A DNA stretch of 64,000 nucleotides from Octopus bimaculoides (taxonomy: Eukaryota). Location of the stretch: contig NC_068994.1 of the NCBI RefSeq assembly GCF_001194135.2, positions 36,433,767-36,497,766 on the forward strand. Direction: 5' to 3'. A model generated the notes under the pieces. It did no database searches. It saw nothing but the letters and a program-made list of their open reading frames with translations, and was not told the DNA's origin. The translations under genes and the position numbers were made by a program. This document shows positions 39,135 to 52,100 of this stretch, piece after piece; the first letter of the stretch is position 1; each line of letters begins with the position of its first letter.

Positions 39135-41153
39135 ATAAATTTTTGAAAATTAATATTTTACTAAAAAGAGCATTTCTAACAGCATTTTCAAAGGGCATTT
39201 CCAAGGGCACTGTGTAAACAAAAATCTGAAAAATCTCCCATCAAAGTGGAACAATTCCAACTTGTTGGTGTTTCCTAAGTCCAACATTCACCTTCATTTC
39301 TGCTGAAGTATTTGACTCCAAAGATCTTCAAGCAATCAATTACTTTGGTCAATTACAATTTCTTTTTCTTTTCTCTAAATCTAGAATCTTGTGCACATTA
39401 AAAAAAACCTATTTAGTTTGTGAATGGATGCTTTTTTTCCAGACAAGCAATAGATAAGCCAAGACTGTATCTCTATTTGGATTCACAGTTGTAATAACTT
39501 CACTCCTATTAAGACACTAATTATAATTAGAGTGACATGAATGTTATACATTTTTATTTCTTTCATCTTATAATCCAACTTTGTCCATCTCCAAAAATAA
39601 TGTTTAGCTTGATTTGAGTTGATGAATTAGCAGTCATTTAGAGTATAAGATAGATTACATGCAATATTTGTTCTTGCACTCAGCAGTTCATTTCAACAGT
39701 ATTATAAACCCTTAAGCAAAGTGATGAGCTGTGGACCTCTGGGTAAATACCCAGTGTGTTCATACCTTAAGATGGCACTGGCTCTCTGCTCTCTGAGTTT
39801 AGATCCCACCCAGAACACCTTTGCCTTTTAGGAGCAATAAATAAAGTACCTAACTCTAGTAGAATTGATTCTATCCCTTCTTTCTCCATCTCACTCTGGA
39901 AGAAACTGACTGTGAACAGATCTAGTAAAGGATGGTCTCTGCCAGTTTCAAAAATACTCAAGACGGTGTACATCACTATGTCATCCTTATGACAATATCA
40001 GACATTAAGTGGGAGAGATGAGGCAAGGTTTGTTTAGATTAGGATGGAGGAATGTTCAAAACAGAACAATGGCTTACATTCTATGGAGTATTACTGCAAT
40101 TACCTACCATTTGCTGTTTTGTCATTGATGAAGAATCAAATCTGCTTTATTTGAGTAGATCGAGTAGACTGCTGAGCTGATTACAAATATGCTTAAGATA
40201 AAAAAAAAAAATATGTATATAGTATTCTTGTTTAGAACCAGCTCAACCTTGATAGGACAGACCTATTGTCAAGGCATTTTGGTTGTGACCATCCTGTCAT
40301 TTGAAGGAATATCTAATACTATATTATCTAGTGTATTCATCAAAAATAATAGAGTATAATTTTAAGGAGACTTGGATGCCATTTCATGATTGAGCAACTT
40401 GCATAGAGGCTCCTATGTAGGACAATCTTCAGCATTTGTTTTGTATTTCAGATGTAGTTTTCTTGTCGTTATTGAGGATATATACTTGTACAGTTTAGTG
40501 ACATAACTATATAATCTTTGTTTTAAAGGTGAGTTTATTGAAGAAGTCTGAATTTTTCATTGTTGCTGTAGAAAATAATATCAGGTCTTCAGTATTTGCT
40601 GTACCTAAAGTGTTTGTTTTCTTTTTAGAGTGACCCATTAATATTTTATATTTTTGAAGGTAAGCATTTATATTCATGTTTTATTTGATTAAGCCTTCTA
40701 ATGAATATTATTTTATATTTGTTTTTAATATAACTTTCTGATACATAGAAAAGCAATTGTAGAAAGTTATTGGTAATGTTAGCAATATGTTATACCCACT
40801 GATTTTGTACAGTGTTGACTATCATATTAGTGATGTAGTGTTTTGGCAGCGTACTTGTCTCTTTTATTTTTAAAGAATCTTTCATTCATCAGGAAACTAA
40901 CTTTTGTTTTTTGAATAATGGAGCCTTATTTTTGTATTCTGTTATGCTGTGAGAATTTGCTCTTTCTCAATACCAGCAACATCTCCTTCAAAACTAGCAG
41001 TAATACCTTCTTCAAATCACATCTTAAAATCTTACAAGAAAGAAAGTTCAGATTAGGCAATGTAATTGCTGATAGACAAAAATATGAAATGGTCACAGAG
41101 AGATCGTACTGAAAAACATTTTTTTTTCAGCAGAGCTCTATTCAACATTTCTA

Positions 41154-41380
41154 TTAAAGCCTTTAGCATTTAAACCAGCCATATCTAGCTAAAATATTTT
41201 TCCAGTTTTGTGTTCAAACCAGCCAGATCTGGTCTCTCGCACCTACCATGAACATCATTCTACATATAAACAATTACATCACTGAAATCTCAAAGATATG
41301 AGATAATGCAGTTTAAATCAAAACATTGTGAATAAATAAGTATTATATTTGACAGAGTAAACTTATTGCTAATGGGTTAA
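41154..41380. mobile_element. MITE with TTAA-like ends (piggyBac-type, non-autonomous)
   Basis: Left ttaaagcctttagcatt and right ttgctaatgggttaa are degenerate inverted termini. Confidence 0.5.
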
Positions 41381-41493
41381 ACCCTTTTTTTGAATAGATT
41401 CTTGATTAAGGCTTAAAGTTCAACTGTATGTATCTTTTAGAACATAATTTTCTCTGCTTCCTTGAGGCAGATGGTAGGAAGTCAGATTAGATC

Positions 41494-42036
41494 ATCATCA
41501 TCATCATCGTTTAACGTCCGCTTTCCATGCTAGCATGGGTTGGACGATTTGACTGAGGACTGGTGCAACCGGATGGCTACACCAGGCTCCAATCTAATTT
41601 GGCAGAGTTTCTACAGCTGGATGCCCTTCCTAACGCCAACCACTCAGAGAGTGTAGTGGGTGCTTTTACGTGTCACCCGCACGAAAACGGCCACGCTCGA
41701 AATGGTGTCTTTTATGTGCCACCCGCACAAGAGCCAGTCCAGGGGCACTGGCAACGATCTCACTTGGCTTGCCGGGTCTTCTCACGCACAGCACATTTCC
41801 AAAGGTCTCGGTCAGTAGTCATCGCCTCGGTGAGGCCCAATGTTCGAAGGTCTTGCCTCACCACCTCAGCCCAGGTCTTCCTGGGCCTACCTCTTCCACG
41901 GGTTCCCTCAACTGTCAGGGAGTGACACTTTTTCACGCAGCTATCCTCATTCATTCTCACCACATGTCCAAACCAGCGCAATCGTCTCTCTTGCACACCA
42001 CTACTGACGCTTCTTATGTTCAGCTTTTCTCTCAAG
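41494..42036 (-). mobile_element. 5'-truncated RTE-clade LINE (ORF C-terminus, 3' UTR, (GAT)n tail); young
   Basis: LREKLNIRSV...QERRLRWFGHVVRM...GTRGRGRPRKTW.EVV..DL..LGL...DRDLW is a typical RTE C-terminus. The frame is intact and CpGs are retained. Confidence 0.92.
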
Positions 42037-43056
42037 ATAATTAACAATATTTCATTGGATACCTTCCACCTCTCCAGGATTAACATACCTTGCTTAATTA
42101 ATTATACTACACTACTAAAAATTGTAAAAGAAATAACACATTTCTCATTTAGGTTGAGACTTCTCACTTCTTTACTTGTTTCAGTTAGAGAACTTAGGCC
42201 ACGCTAAGTTACAGAACTTAAGCCATACCTTGAAAAGTTTAGTCAATCATAGAAACTCCTGTTCTTATTTTAAAGTTTGATACCTAAGTTAATAATATGT
42301 ATTTGTCACATCACTAAATTGTGAAATATAAACAAAGGTGCTGTTTTTACAAGCAGTGTCAGCATATAGATAAATGTAGATACAGCTAGTCACATGCACA
42401 CACTCACATATTCATACAAATCTGCATATGTGAATGAATGTGTGTCCGTGTGTGTGTACAAGGTGCTTCTGTACAGTTACCAGGTTTACTCAGCAGGCAT
42501 TGGACCTGAGACCATAATAGAAGACACTGAACCAGAATGCTAGGCTGTGGGACCAAACCTCAGACCAAAATTGTTGCAGAGTTAACTTCATAACCACATA
42601 CCTATGCCTGCAATTGTATACATAAGTGTATATAATAAAATGTAAAATAATACTTAGTGGTCGGCTTGTGGTATTTAGTTACAACCCTTTACTTTTTGTA
42701 TTCAAATCTTACTAAAGTTGACTTTGTCCTTTATTCTTCTGAAGGTCTGTGGCCACATAGACTCTTGCGCCAAAAATAAAACCCTAAATTCTTTATATTC
42801 CCTTTCTATCAGTGTAAAGACAGAATCTCTACACAAGAAAGAATCAACAGGGAGAATCTTTTTATAGAGAAATTCCAAACGCTTCTTAACATACAAACTC
42901 CTCGGTGACCATATTCCTTTCTCTCGCCTACCCATTGAAATACATATAAATTTACCTCTTGTTTCTCTAAGATCAGACATAAACTTCCTGTTGACAAAGA
43001 GTCCAGAACTCCAACTAAAGAGTATAATATCCACAGAATTGTCTTCCCTTACACAC

Positions 43057-43380
43057 ACTTCCTGTTTTGACACCACACTTCCTGTTTAACACAAACTCTC
43101 AGCCTTTTTTAAACACAACATGATTCTTAATTCCATGCATCCTAACATATCTAACAATTTTCTACATGGATTACCATTGAACTCAAAGACAATATAATGT
43201 ATTGGTATATCTATTTTTTCATATTTTTAATATTTTTGTAAAAAAACATTATTTTCATTTCCCCTCTTCTTGAAAATTTGCCGTGCAATGAAAGCCTGTT
43301 AGAAATCCTTTTTAATCCTCCTTATGCACATCTATATTAAAATATGCTTTCAATTTAGCATTCTGCCATATTATTATTAT
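43057..43380. repeat. Dispersed ~320-bp repeat, second copy at 59571-59890
   Basis: cctgttttgacaccacacttcctgtttaacac...gaaagcc(t/a)gttagaaatcctttttaatcctccttatgcacatctatattaaaatatgc is near-identical in both copies and in the same orientation. Confidence 0.9.
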
Positions 43381-43393
43381 TTTTTATTATTTT

Positions 43394-43434
<41 letters not shown>

Positions 43435-44589
43435 GGGTATTAGAATGTCAGTGGGATACACAGAAATCCTTAAAGATACATACATATTGTTGTGAACAGT
43501 TCCTGTACACAACCATACACATCTATGCTCCTGCATACACACACACAAGAACATGACCACACATACACACACACATGCATGCATGAACACATACACAAGT
43601 GTACACATAGACGCTTACCTACTCAAAAACAAAAGGTTTCATCATCCACACAAATAAAAACACATATACATAAGAATGCACTTATGCAAACGTACAGACA
43701 TGCTCAACACAATGTACTCATAAGTAAGCACCCTCAATATTGTGGGCTTGTGGGTGCTGGTTGGATATAAAAAGCACCAGTGCCAGTACTGCGTAAAAGC
43801 ATCCAGTATACTGTAAAGTGGTTGGTGTTAGGAAAGGCATCCAGCTATAGAAACTAGGCTAAAACAGACATGGAGCCCAGGCAGTTCTTTAGCTGGCCAG
43901 CTCCTGTCAAACAGTCCAGTCCATGCCAGCAAAGAAAACAGCTGTTAAATGATGATGATGATGACATCTACATACACACGTACGTATGTACATACATATT
44001 CAAAGGCATATCACTAGTTCTCAGACAGACTCAAAGTGAGGACATGTCATTGATGACATTGTGAATAGCAGCAAAAGGACTCTAACAGAAAACTAACAAC
44101 TGATTTATTGTTCAATCAACACATTAAATAGACCATTGGACAGTTAGTGGGCAAAATAGAGAAGTGGTTTTGAACAAGTGCATGTGTTTATTTTAATTGG
44201 TTTTAACATAGTGACCCTCCCCAGATACAATTGTTTCAACACACAAATTCACATCAAGAATCTTGCAAGCTGCATACAAAAACGTAGTAAAATAAAATAC
44301 CTAAATGTTTTGCATCTGTATTTGTTTCAGCTTGTGTACTTGAAAATTTTAATATTGTAAATATTAGTTTGGGAACTAATATTTACATTAAAACTTCCAT
44401 GTACTCAATGCACAATATTTTTCCAATTAAACTTCCATAATTTTTAGAATTGCTGAGCGTAAGCATTGACCCGATTCACATGGATAATGAGTAGCATTAA
44501 ATGGTTGAATAGCAATGAGCATGAAATACAGGCAAAAACAAAATAAATGCCCAAATCATCTGACAGTTTACTACTATATATTGTACTAT

Positions 44590-44850
44590 TTCAATGGAGA
44601 GGGCCGATACATTGTAGATGCAGAACTTTGTCTTCCAGGCTAAAGTGACTAGATGGCTGGACATGATTGGTGATGATCTCCTGAGGTTCAACATCACCTT
44701 GGAAGATACAGAGGGGCTGGCACTGGACCACCAGCAATGGAGAGTACTGGTGGACCTTGTTGGCTCTGTGCATGATGATGCCTCTGGGACGACTAACTTG
44801 GAATGACCCCAGCCCCTTCAAGCAAGGGCATGAAGCCAAGCCAAGCCAAT
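44590..44850 (+). mobile_element. 3' end of a second RTE-like LINE family with (AAGCC)n tail
   Basis: TRWLDMIGDDLLRFNITLEDTEGLALDHQQWRVLV resembles the RTE W.D.I..DL...A.DR..WR tail; it ends in gaagccaagccaagccaa. Confidence 0.6.
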
Positions 44851-46082
44851 TTCAATGGAAGTATAATGGACTGGTAGAACTGGTAAAGTATCAGACAAAA
44901 CATTTTACATAATTCAGCTGCTACTTTTTATGTTCTGAGTTCAAATCTCATTAGAGTCAAGTTTCCTGTTCATCTTTATATACTGAAGTTAATTTAATTG
45001 ACTAGACCATCACAGTCACCATCCTTATTGTTTTGGGGTTAATTTTATTTTTTTCTCCACACTGGCATGGGTTGCATGAGACTTATTGAGGTAGTATTTC
45101 ATAGCTGGGTGCCATTTCTGTTGCTAACTCTTAGCTGTTTTTCAAGTAAAATATATTTATTCCACTTGTCTCCACATGTTGAAACACCTAGCTACAGAAC
45201 ATTGTTTACACACACACACACATACAACTAGCTTCTTTTGTAATTTTCATCTACTAGTTTTACTCACAATATATTGGTCAACCTAAAACTAAAATAAAAG
45301 ACACTTTCCTATGGTGTTTTATAGTGGGATAGAACCTGAAGCCATGTGGTTACAAAGCAAACTTTAATACCAATTAGTTATGCCGGCCCCTATCCATGAT
45401 TAAAAAAACAGGAAGTCTGAAACCTTGTGTCAATATTAGAAATCAGTATTTCTGAATGGGGACAGGGAATTTTATACACAAAGATGTCACTTTCAGTTCA
45501 TTTTCCATCCACCAAATTCACTAACACAACATTGGTTAACTTGGGGCTAGAAGACACTTGCCCAAGGTGCTGCACTGTGGAAATGAATCCAAAAACCTTG
45601 TTGTTGTGAGGGAGATTTCTTAACCAAATAGCCATGTCTGCAGTTATTCAACTGTTTATTTATTTATTTATTTATTTGTTGCTTAGTCAAGAAGAGCAGT
45701 GCCCATGACTTATTTCAGGGCCTCTGAAACTGGTGAGAGTGAGAGAGGAAATATCCTTAAAAAAGAAAGAAACCTTATCCAAATACTTGCAACAAAGTAG
45801 ACTTCACTGCTAAATGTACATAAGGGAAAGGTAGTGGTGATAAAACAAGCAACAGAGTAAGTTCACCACCCATATAGACCATACTGGAATTTGATTTCAA
45901 AGTGCAAAGAGCTGAATCAAATACTGGGAAGAATCACATCTGATATTCTGACAGTTCTACCTGTCAACTGGCCTAGACTGGTAATTTATTTTCGTGATGC
46001 TAGGCAAAACTTCCTTTAGTGGGATTTGAAATCAGAATTCAAGTAGCCAGAGTAAATATTAATTTCAAATTTTGGCACAAGC

Positions 46083-46178
46083 AAGGCCCTGGGAATAGAG
46101 GGTGCACTTACACCCCCTAAAATTTTGTCGGGGGTGCAAAATTCAATACTGCACATCCTACTTAACTTCCCTAGGCTT
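46083..46178. mobile_element. Short palindromic MITE-like element
   Basis: Termini aaggccctgggaa / ttccctaggctt are imperfect inverted repeats, with an internal CACCCCC...GGGGGTG hairpin. Confidence 0.4.
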
Positions 46179-46294
46179 AGAAAAAAATAAGAACAAAGAA
46201 CTAAAATAAATGAAAAGAAACCCCAACCAAAATCCCTAGAAAGATATATTACTGAGCTAAAGCATCCTCAACATTAAAAAATTGAATTAAATTT

Positions 46295-46325
<31 letters not shown>

Positions 46326-46759
46326 ATATGTGTGTGTATGTATATGTGTAACAACAAAAACCATGGCCACTCCTCAATACTAACACAATTGAAGAAATAT
46401 TAAACTCCACAATCAAGAGCCCTTCACAGTCTAACTGTCCACTTCCTCATTTCCTGGAAATATCACTAGTGACCCATCATTATCATTGTCATTATGTTCT
46501 ACTGCTATTACCCTTACCACAACTAGACAATAGCAACAAGATGATCATCATTGGCTGTCACTCTTCAATACTGGAACAATTGATAACTTATTAAACATCA
46601 CAGTCAGGCCACTTAAATTCTTCTCAGAATAACTTAAGAGATCCATCATCACCATTGTCAGCCTATTCTACTGCTACTACTATTACCACTACTACTATTC
46701 CAATTAGTAAAGAACCACTCCTTTCTCCCCACTATCCACTTCAATCTGAATGTATACCT

Positions 46760-47810
46760 AACAGCTCCATGATAAATTTGCCAACTGTAAATAAAGTAAA
46801 ATCATGAACACATGGAACCCCAAAATATGCCACAACTCACAATGCGAGAGACTGTGCATATACAATGACTATAGCTTCACCCATTTTCCTGGGACAGGAT
46901 GCACAATTCATACAAGTAATACCAGCCAATGCCAAACCACTCATCTTACAGCAACACCACCACCATTACTACTAAATGCTAAATCACACTTAATAATGTC
47001 TACATACATAACCTGGAATCCTAAAAATCTGTTGCTATTCTGAAAATTAATGATATTATGGACGATGACACTATAACTTACAGTTAATGACCAAGATTCA
47101 AACTCAGCATCTAGACTACATGGTCTCCAAGCCATACTGCTAAAAATGTGCAAAAACAACCTCATGAAGCCATTAGAGATACTATTTCAAAAGTCACTAG
47201 ATACCGGAAAATTCCCAGACCTACTTAATGACAATGCTAACACCTATACACAAGGATGGTAACAGGACTGAAGCTAAAAATTACAGACCTGATTCTCTCC
47301 CATCTCAGACTTATCAAATTATCAGAAGCATTATCCCAAATAGAATTAAACAACCTCATAGATGATATACAGCATGGTTTTTGGACTGGATGAAGTTGCC
47401 TTTCACAATTATTACAACACCATAAGACCATTCTTAATAATCTCTTGAGAGGAAAGGACACTGACTGTATATACTTTGATTTTCTTAAGGCATTTAACAA
47501 GATTGGGATCATCAATCATAAGTTAAGGGATCTTAGTATCACAAGAAAACTCAGAGGATGGCTTTTGGATTTCCTACATGGTAGGAGACAATCTGTTGTT
47601 GCAAATGGTTTTCACTCTGCAAAGTCACCTATAATAAGTGGTTTGCCTCAGAGAACAATTCTAGGACTATAATTATTTATCATTGACCTATCACAAGTGC
47701 ACATATCCAAACTATTGAGTTACACTGATGATGCAAAACTATCAATGACTATCCAAACTCCAGAAGATACTGTTACACTCCAAGATGAGCTCAACCTCAT
47801 TTATATGGGA
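46760..47810 (+). mobile_element. Degenerate CR1/L2-group LINE reverse transcriptase
   Basis: KPLEILFQKSLDTGKFP, IHKDGNRTEAKNYRP, QHGF, DCIYFDFLKAFNK, LRGWLLDFLHGRRQSVVANG, SGLPQRTILG and YTDDAKL, with stops and frameshifts. Confidence 0.88.
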
Positions 47811-47839
47811 AAGTAATGCTTCAAATCATTCCAAAAATT

Positions 47840-48085
47840 TTTCTATCCTCACTCATTTTGGTGATGAAGGTTTCCAAGAGGAGGTCTACAGTGTTTTCAT
47901 TGCATAAGTTTTTATGTACATGAATTACAGTACAGTGTGTCAGACGATGTTGCATTATTGTGGTTCAGAGTCAAGTCTTCAAATGGCAAAATGTGCTGAA
48001 CATGACATTTTCGTCATAAAGTCTGGTCCATAGCACTTTGAGAAGAACAGTAATTTGGGGAACAAAGTTCAAAACTAATAGAAAA
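47840..48085 (-). mobile_element. hAT transposase C-terminal (dimerisation domain) remnant
   Basis: Minus frame FSTFCHLKT*L*TTIMQHRLTHCTVIHVHK resembles the hAT motif RSFS.LRRLKT.LR.TM.Q.RL..L..LHVH. Confidence 0.6.
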
Positions 48086-48298
48086 TAAACTAAAGTGGTG
48101 GTCCACCATGGCTGCAGTCCTATGACTAAAACCTCCCACCTACATGGTTTCAGGTTCAGTCTCTCTGTAGGCATCTTGGGCAAATGTCTTTTACTCTAGC
48201 CTTGGGTCAACCAAAAGCCTTGTCACTAAATATGGTAGATCAAAATGAAGCTTGTCATATGTATATATTTATGTGTGTGTGTATACATACATACATAT

Positions 48299-48361
<63 letters not shown>

Positions 48362-48731
48362 TATATACATGTAAAAAAAATTGCGTCTAATGACATAATG
48401 TAATAGGTATGTACTATAAATACTCAGTTTGGTTTGCCACTAAAATTCCAGCTTGAACAACATCTGAAACAAAGGTGTTGTTGAGATCGCCTATCAAAGC
48501 ATTTTGTCTGGTGTGCTAACAATTCTGCTAGCTTGCTGCCTCAATAGTAAATGTTGCAAGGCATTTCATGTGACACTCTAATGAGTTTACGAATAACCTA
48601 AAATATTTAGTTGTGTCTGGGGAGAGTCATTTTCTTATTGTGCCTTAAAATTTAACACACACACTGGTAAAATTTCCACTTAGTTTCTTTTTATTTTCCT
48701 AAAATTTTCATTGCGTCTAAAATATTTACTA

Positions 48732-48943
48732 TTTTACTCTTTACTCTTTTACTTGTTTCAGTCATTTGACTGTAGCCATGCTGGAGCACCACCTTTAGTT
48801 GAACAAATCGACCCTGGGACTTATTCTTTGTAAGCCTAGTACTTATTCTATCAGTCTCTTTTGCTGAACCGCTAAGTTGTGGGGACGTAAACACACCAGC
48901 ATCAGTTGTCAAGTGATGTTGGGGGGACAAACACAGACACACA

Positions 48944-48990
<47 letters not shown>

Positions 48991-49146
48991 GATGGGCTTC
49001 TTTCAATTTCCATCTACCAAATCCACTCACAAGGCTTTAGTTGGTCTGATGCTATAGTAGAAGACACTTGCCCAAGGTGCCATGCAGTGGGACTGAACCC
49101 GGAACCATGTGGTTCATAAGCAAGCTACTTACCACACAGCCACTCC
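48732..49146 (-). mobile_element. Family A SINE, full length
   Basis: tRNA-like head with A/B boxes, CORE-like segment, (TA)n/(TG)n, and a tail ending in (gtaaaaga)n on minus. Confidence 0.88.
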
Positions 49147-52100
49147 ATGATTTAATATATATATGCAGTAATAAATTTACACTAGACAATGATTATATCT
49201 AGAAATATGGCACTGAAAATAATCAGTGACTAAACTTAACACAACACTACAGAGAGAAATTTCTTTTTTTAATTAGCTTAATTACCCAGAAAACCTATAG
49301 TATAACAATAAGGTTATATGTATTTAAAACATTTTTTTGATGTATTCAGAAAACACTTCAAAAAGTTATATTAATAACAATCAATATGCCAAGAGTTGAG
49401 TTTTGAGATTAAATGATTCATTTACCCACTAACCTTTTTTCTTTTTTTTTCAAAGTTTCATCTATCATATTTGTAATACAGCAGCTGCTCACTTATGCTC
49501 TCTTTTCTTATAAAATTAGTAAATACTTAGTGAGTGTTTTGCTTCAGTTGACTGATCTTGGTAAGTGGTAAGAAATTATAAGAAATTTTGAAAACTAGGT
49601 GATGCAATAAATTTTGAATATGACTAAAAATCTTAATTTCTCCACAATAGCAGCAGCAAGTAAATTTGGATAAAACACAAAGAAGTGAGTAGAAATAAAA
49701 GACAGCATCTGTTATGTATATTATGTATCTTTGTAGAAAGGGTTATCATTAGCATCAATGGAATTATTATTTCTTTTTATTTGTTTACTTATTTATTTAT
49801 CTATTCAGGCACTATTAATTTAATCTTTTTCAGATTTTTAAGATTGTATTGAACAATTCAGTTTCTGTTCATCACATGTCAAATAAATGCACATATGTAT
49901 ATATGTATGTCTGGATGGATGGAAAGATGGATGTATGAATGTGTATGTGTGTACATATGTGTTTGTACATGTATGTATAAACACACTCTCTCACACCAAT
50001 GTACACACACACATACACACACACTCACTCACACACACACAGTTGTATTAGATACAAGTATATTTAAAGCATACTGGAATTTGAAGTGCTCTAAATTCAC
50101 ATACATTCACATATCCTTTACATAAACTATTTTCTGAAAGCTCAGCCCTTATTAAATAAATGATTAATATGGAAAAAAAGCAGGTAACATGGTAATGGAA
50201 CGATATTTGTTAAAATTAATTTTAGCTAAGAAATTCAACTTTTTAGAGACTTGGAAACCTCTATATAGCTACTCAACCAGCTGGATATAGCAGCTAAATC
50301 ATCCTAAGGTCACCCAAAGAAAGAAATAATGGATAATTTAGTCAGCCCTATGCAAAAAGACAGGATGATCATATCTGGAATGACTTTACCTCTAGATCTG
50401 TTCACATAGGCTGACTTGGAGCAACAGCAGCTACAAAAACATATTGTTTGCTGCGTTGTTAACATAACTATTTTGTTTTTCATGATACTGGAGTCTTTGA
50501 GTAAGTGGCAGATGAGAACCTCAGTTAAATTATATCAAATTTAAGGAACATTGTTTCAAATTACAGTCAGGATAGCTGAAAATGTCAAAAACAAGAACAG
50601 CTAGTGGGAAATCATGTTCTGTATTTGTTTATATGCTACTATAAAAATACAAATGAAATTAGAAATATGGGAGTTATTAAGAGTAATCTTTACTGTGAGA
50701 GGTGCAACACATGTTCTGATCTTACTTTTTGCCTGTCAATCTTCAAGAAAATTACCCCAAATAATGGTAACAATGAAAAGCCCTCCACACTATACATTCC
50801 TCAGATATATATAATGTGTTTAGTTGGTTGTGATTAGTTGAAAATTCCAGAGTTATAACTCTTGGCTGTCCTTGCAATTTCTTTTGCATATGCCTTGAGG
50901 TACATGTACCATGGCATGAACATCTGATACTATGTACGAGGAATGTTAGAAACTAAGAATATTTAATGATAAAATAAAAGAACTGTTAAATCTATAGTTG
51001 TAATCTCATTGCAAAATAAATACAATAAGATAATATTTTAATGTGCATGTATGCCATATTTATGAGGAAGATAGTTATTGTTATTTTTAGTAATATTGAA
51101 ATATTTATTCATATTGTTATAGTCATATTTATAATGTATTAAGTAATTGAGTATGTAACATTGTATGGACAAAATTAAAATCAATATATATTTATTATAT
51201 TCTATTTTCTAATTTGTTGTGTATGAGTGTGTGTCTTTTTGTGTCTATATTTATTATCTTGATATATTTACTTTACCTTTGTAAAATATTGTAAAGGCAC
51301 TGAAGAAATATTAGAATATAAAGTTGTGTTGACTATTGTATTTTGTTGACAGATGCCACGATTCAATTATTATAGTAAGCAAACAAAAGGATAGGCATGA
51401 ATATATGTTTGTCTGTTGGAAATTAAGATATATACAGTAAAGAAAGTGAAGCTATTGTGACTCAAGGGAGACAAGTTGAATACAAACCATTTGATATGAA
51501 CATATAAGCACGAGAGACAAATATGGTAGAAGTAGAAGCAAGCTGTGAGAGGACTTCAGTATTATTACATAGCTGATGCAGAATATATATGGCAATATAA
51601 GCATATAGAATTAGTGTTTAGATAAAATAAAACTTGAAATTTGGATCTTAACAGCGCTTGATAGAATACTTGTTACAAAATTAAGATTTATGGAAAAACT
51701 CTGCAGTAAAAACTCAAACACAATATATGCTAATATGGAATGATTAGATGTTAATCCAGTGTCTATGTGAGTGTGTGTGTGTGTATGTGTATGTTCTCTG
51801 TCTGCAGTAACTTTGTATACCTCTTTTTATAAAGTGTCATTAAAAATTATTTACGATTAATTTGTAGGATAATTATAGTCTTTTTGAAATCTAAGATTCA
51901 TATAAATTTAGTTCTATATATCATAGGATCAATCTCTAAAGAGCATTTAAAGTCCTGATGTCTTTATTTTACTGCCATCAAAAAAGAAATTTATTATAAT
52001 TTTGTTCCAGATTTTTAGTTTATTTTACAGGGAGATCTAAAGTTGATAGTTTGTTCAACTAAATTCCATTCTCAGATGTCTTGGAGATAAGGATAACTAA

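Noticed and set aside
42702-43076. 124-aa minus ORF
   Set aside because: It overlaps a SINE fragment and a dispersed repeat, has no domain signature and no splice support.
1420-49146. Apparent bias of family A SINEs to the minus strand (about 11 vs 3-5)
   Set aside because: Small sample and boundaries set by eye; not distinguishable from chance.
50604-50837. Degenerate coding-like stretch (LRVIFTVRGAT) reminiscent of Helitron Rep
   Set aside because: A single short resemblance with no flanking Rep or helicase motifs.
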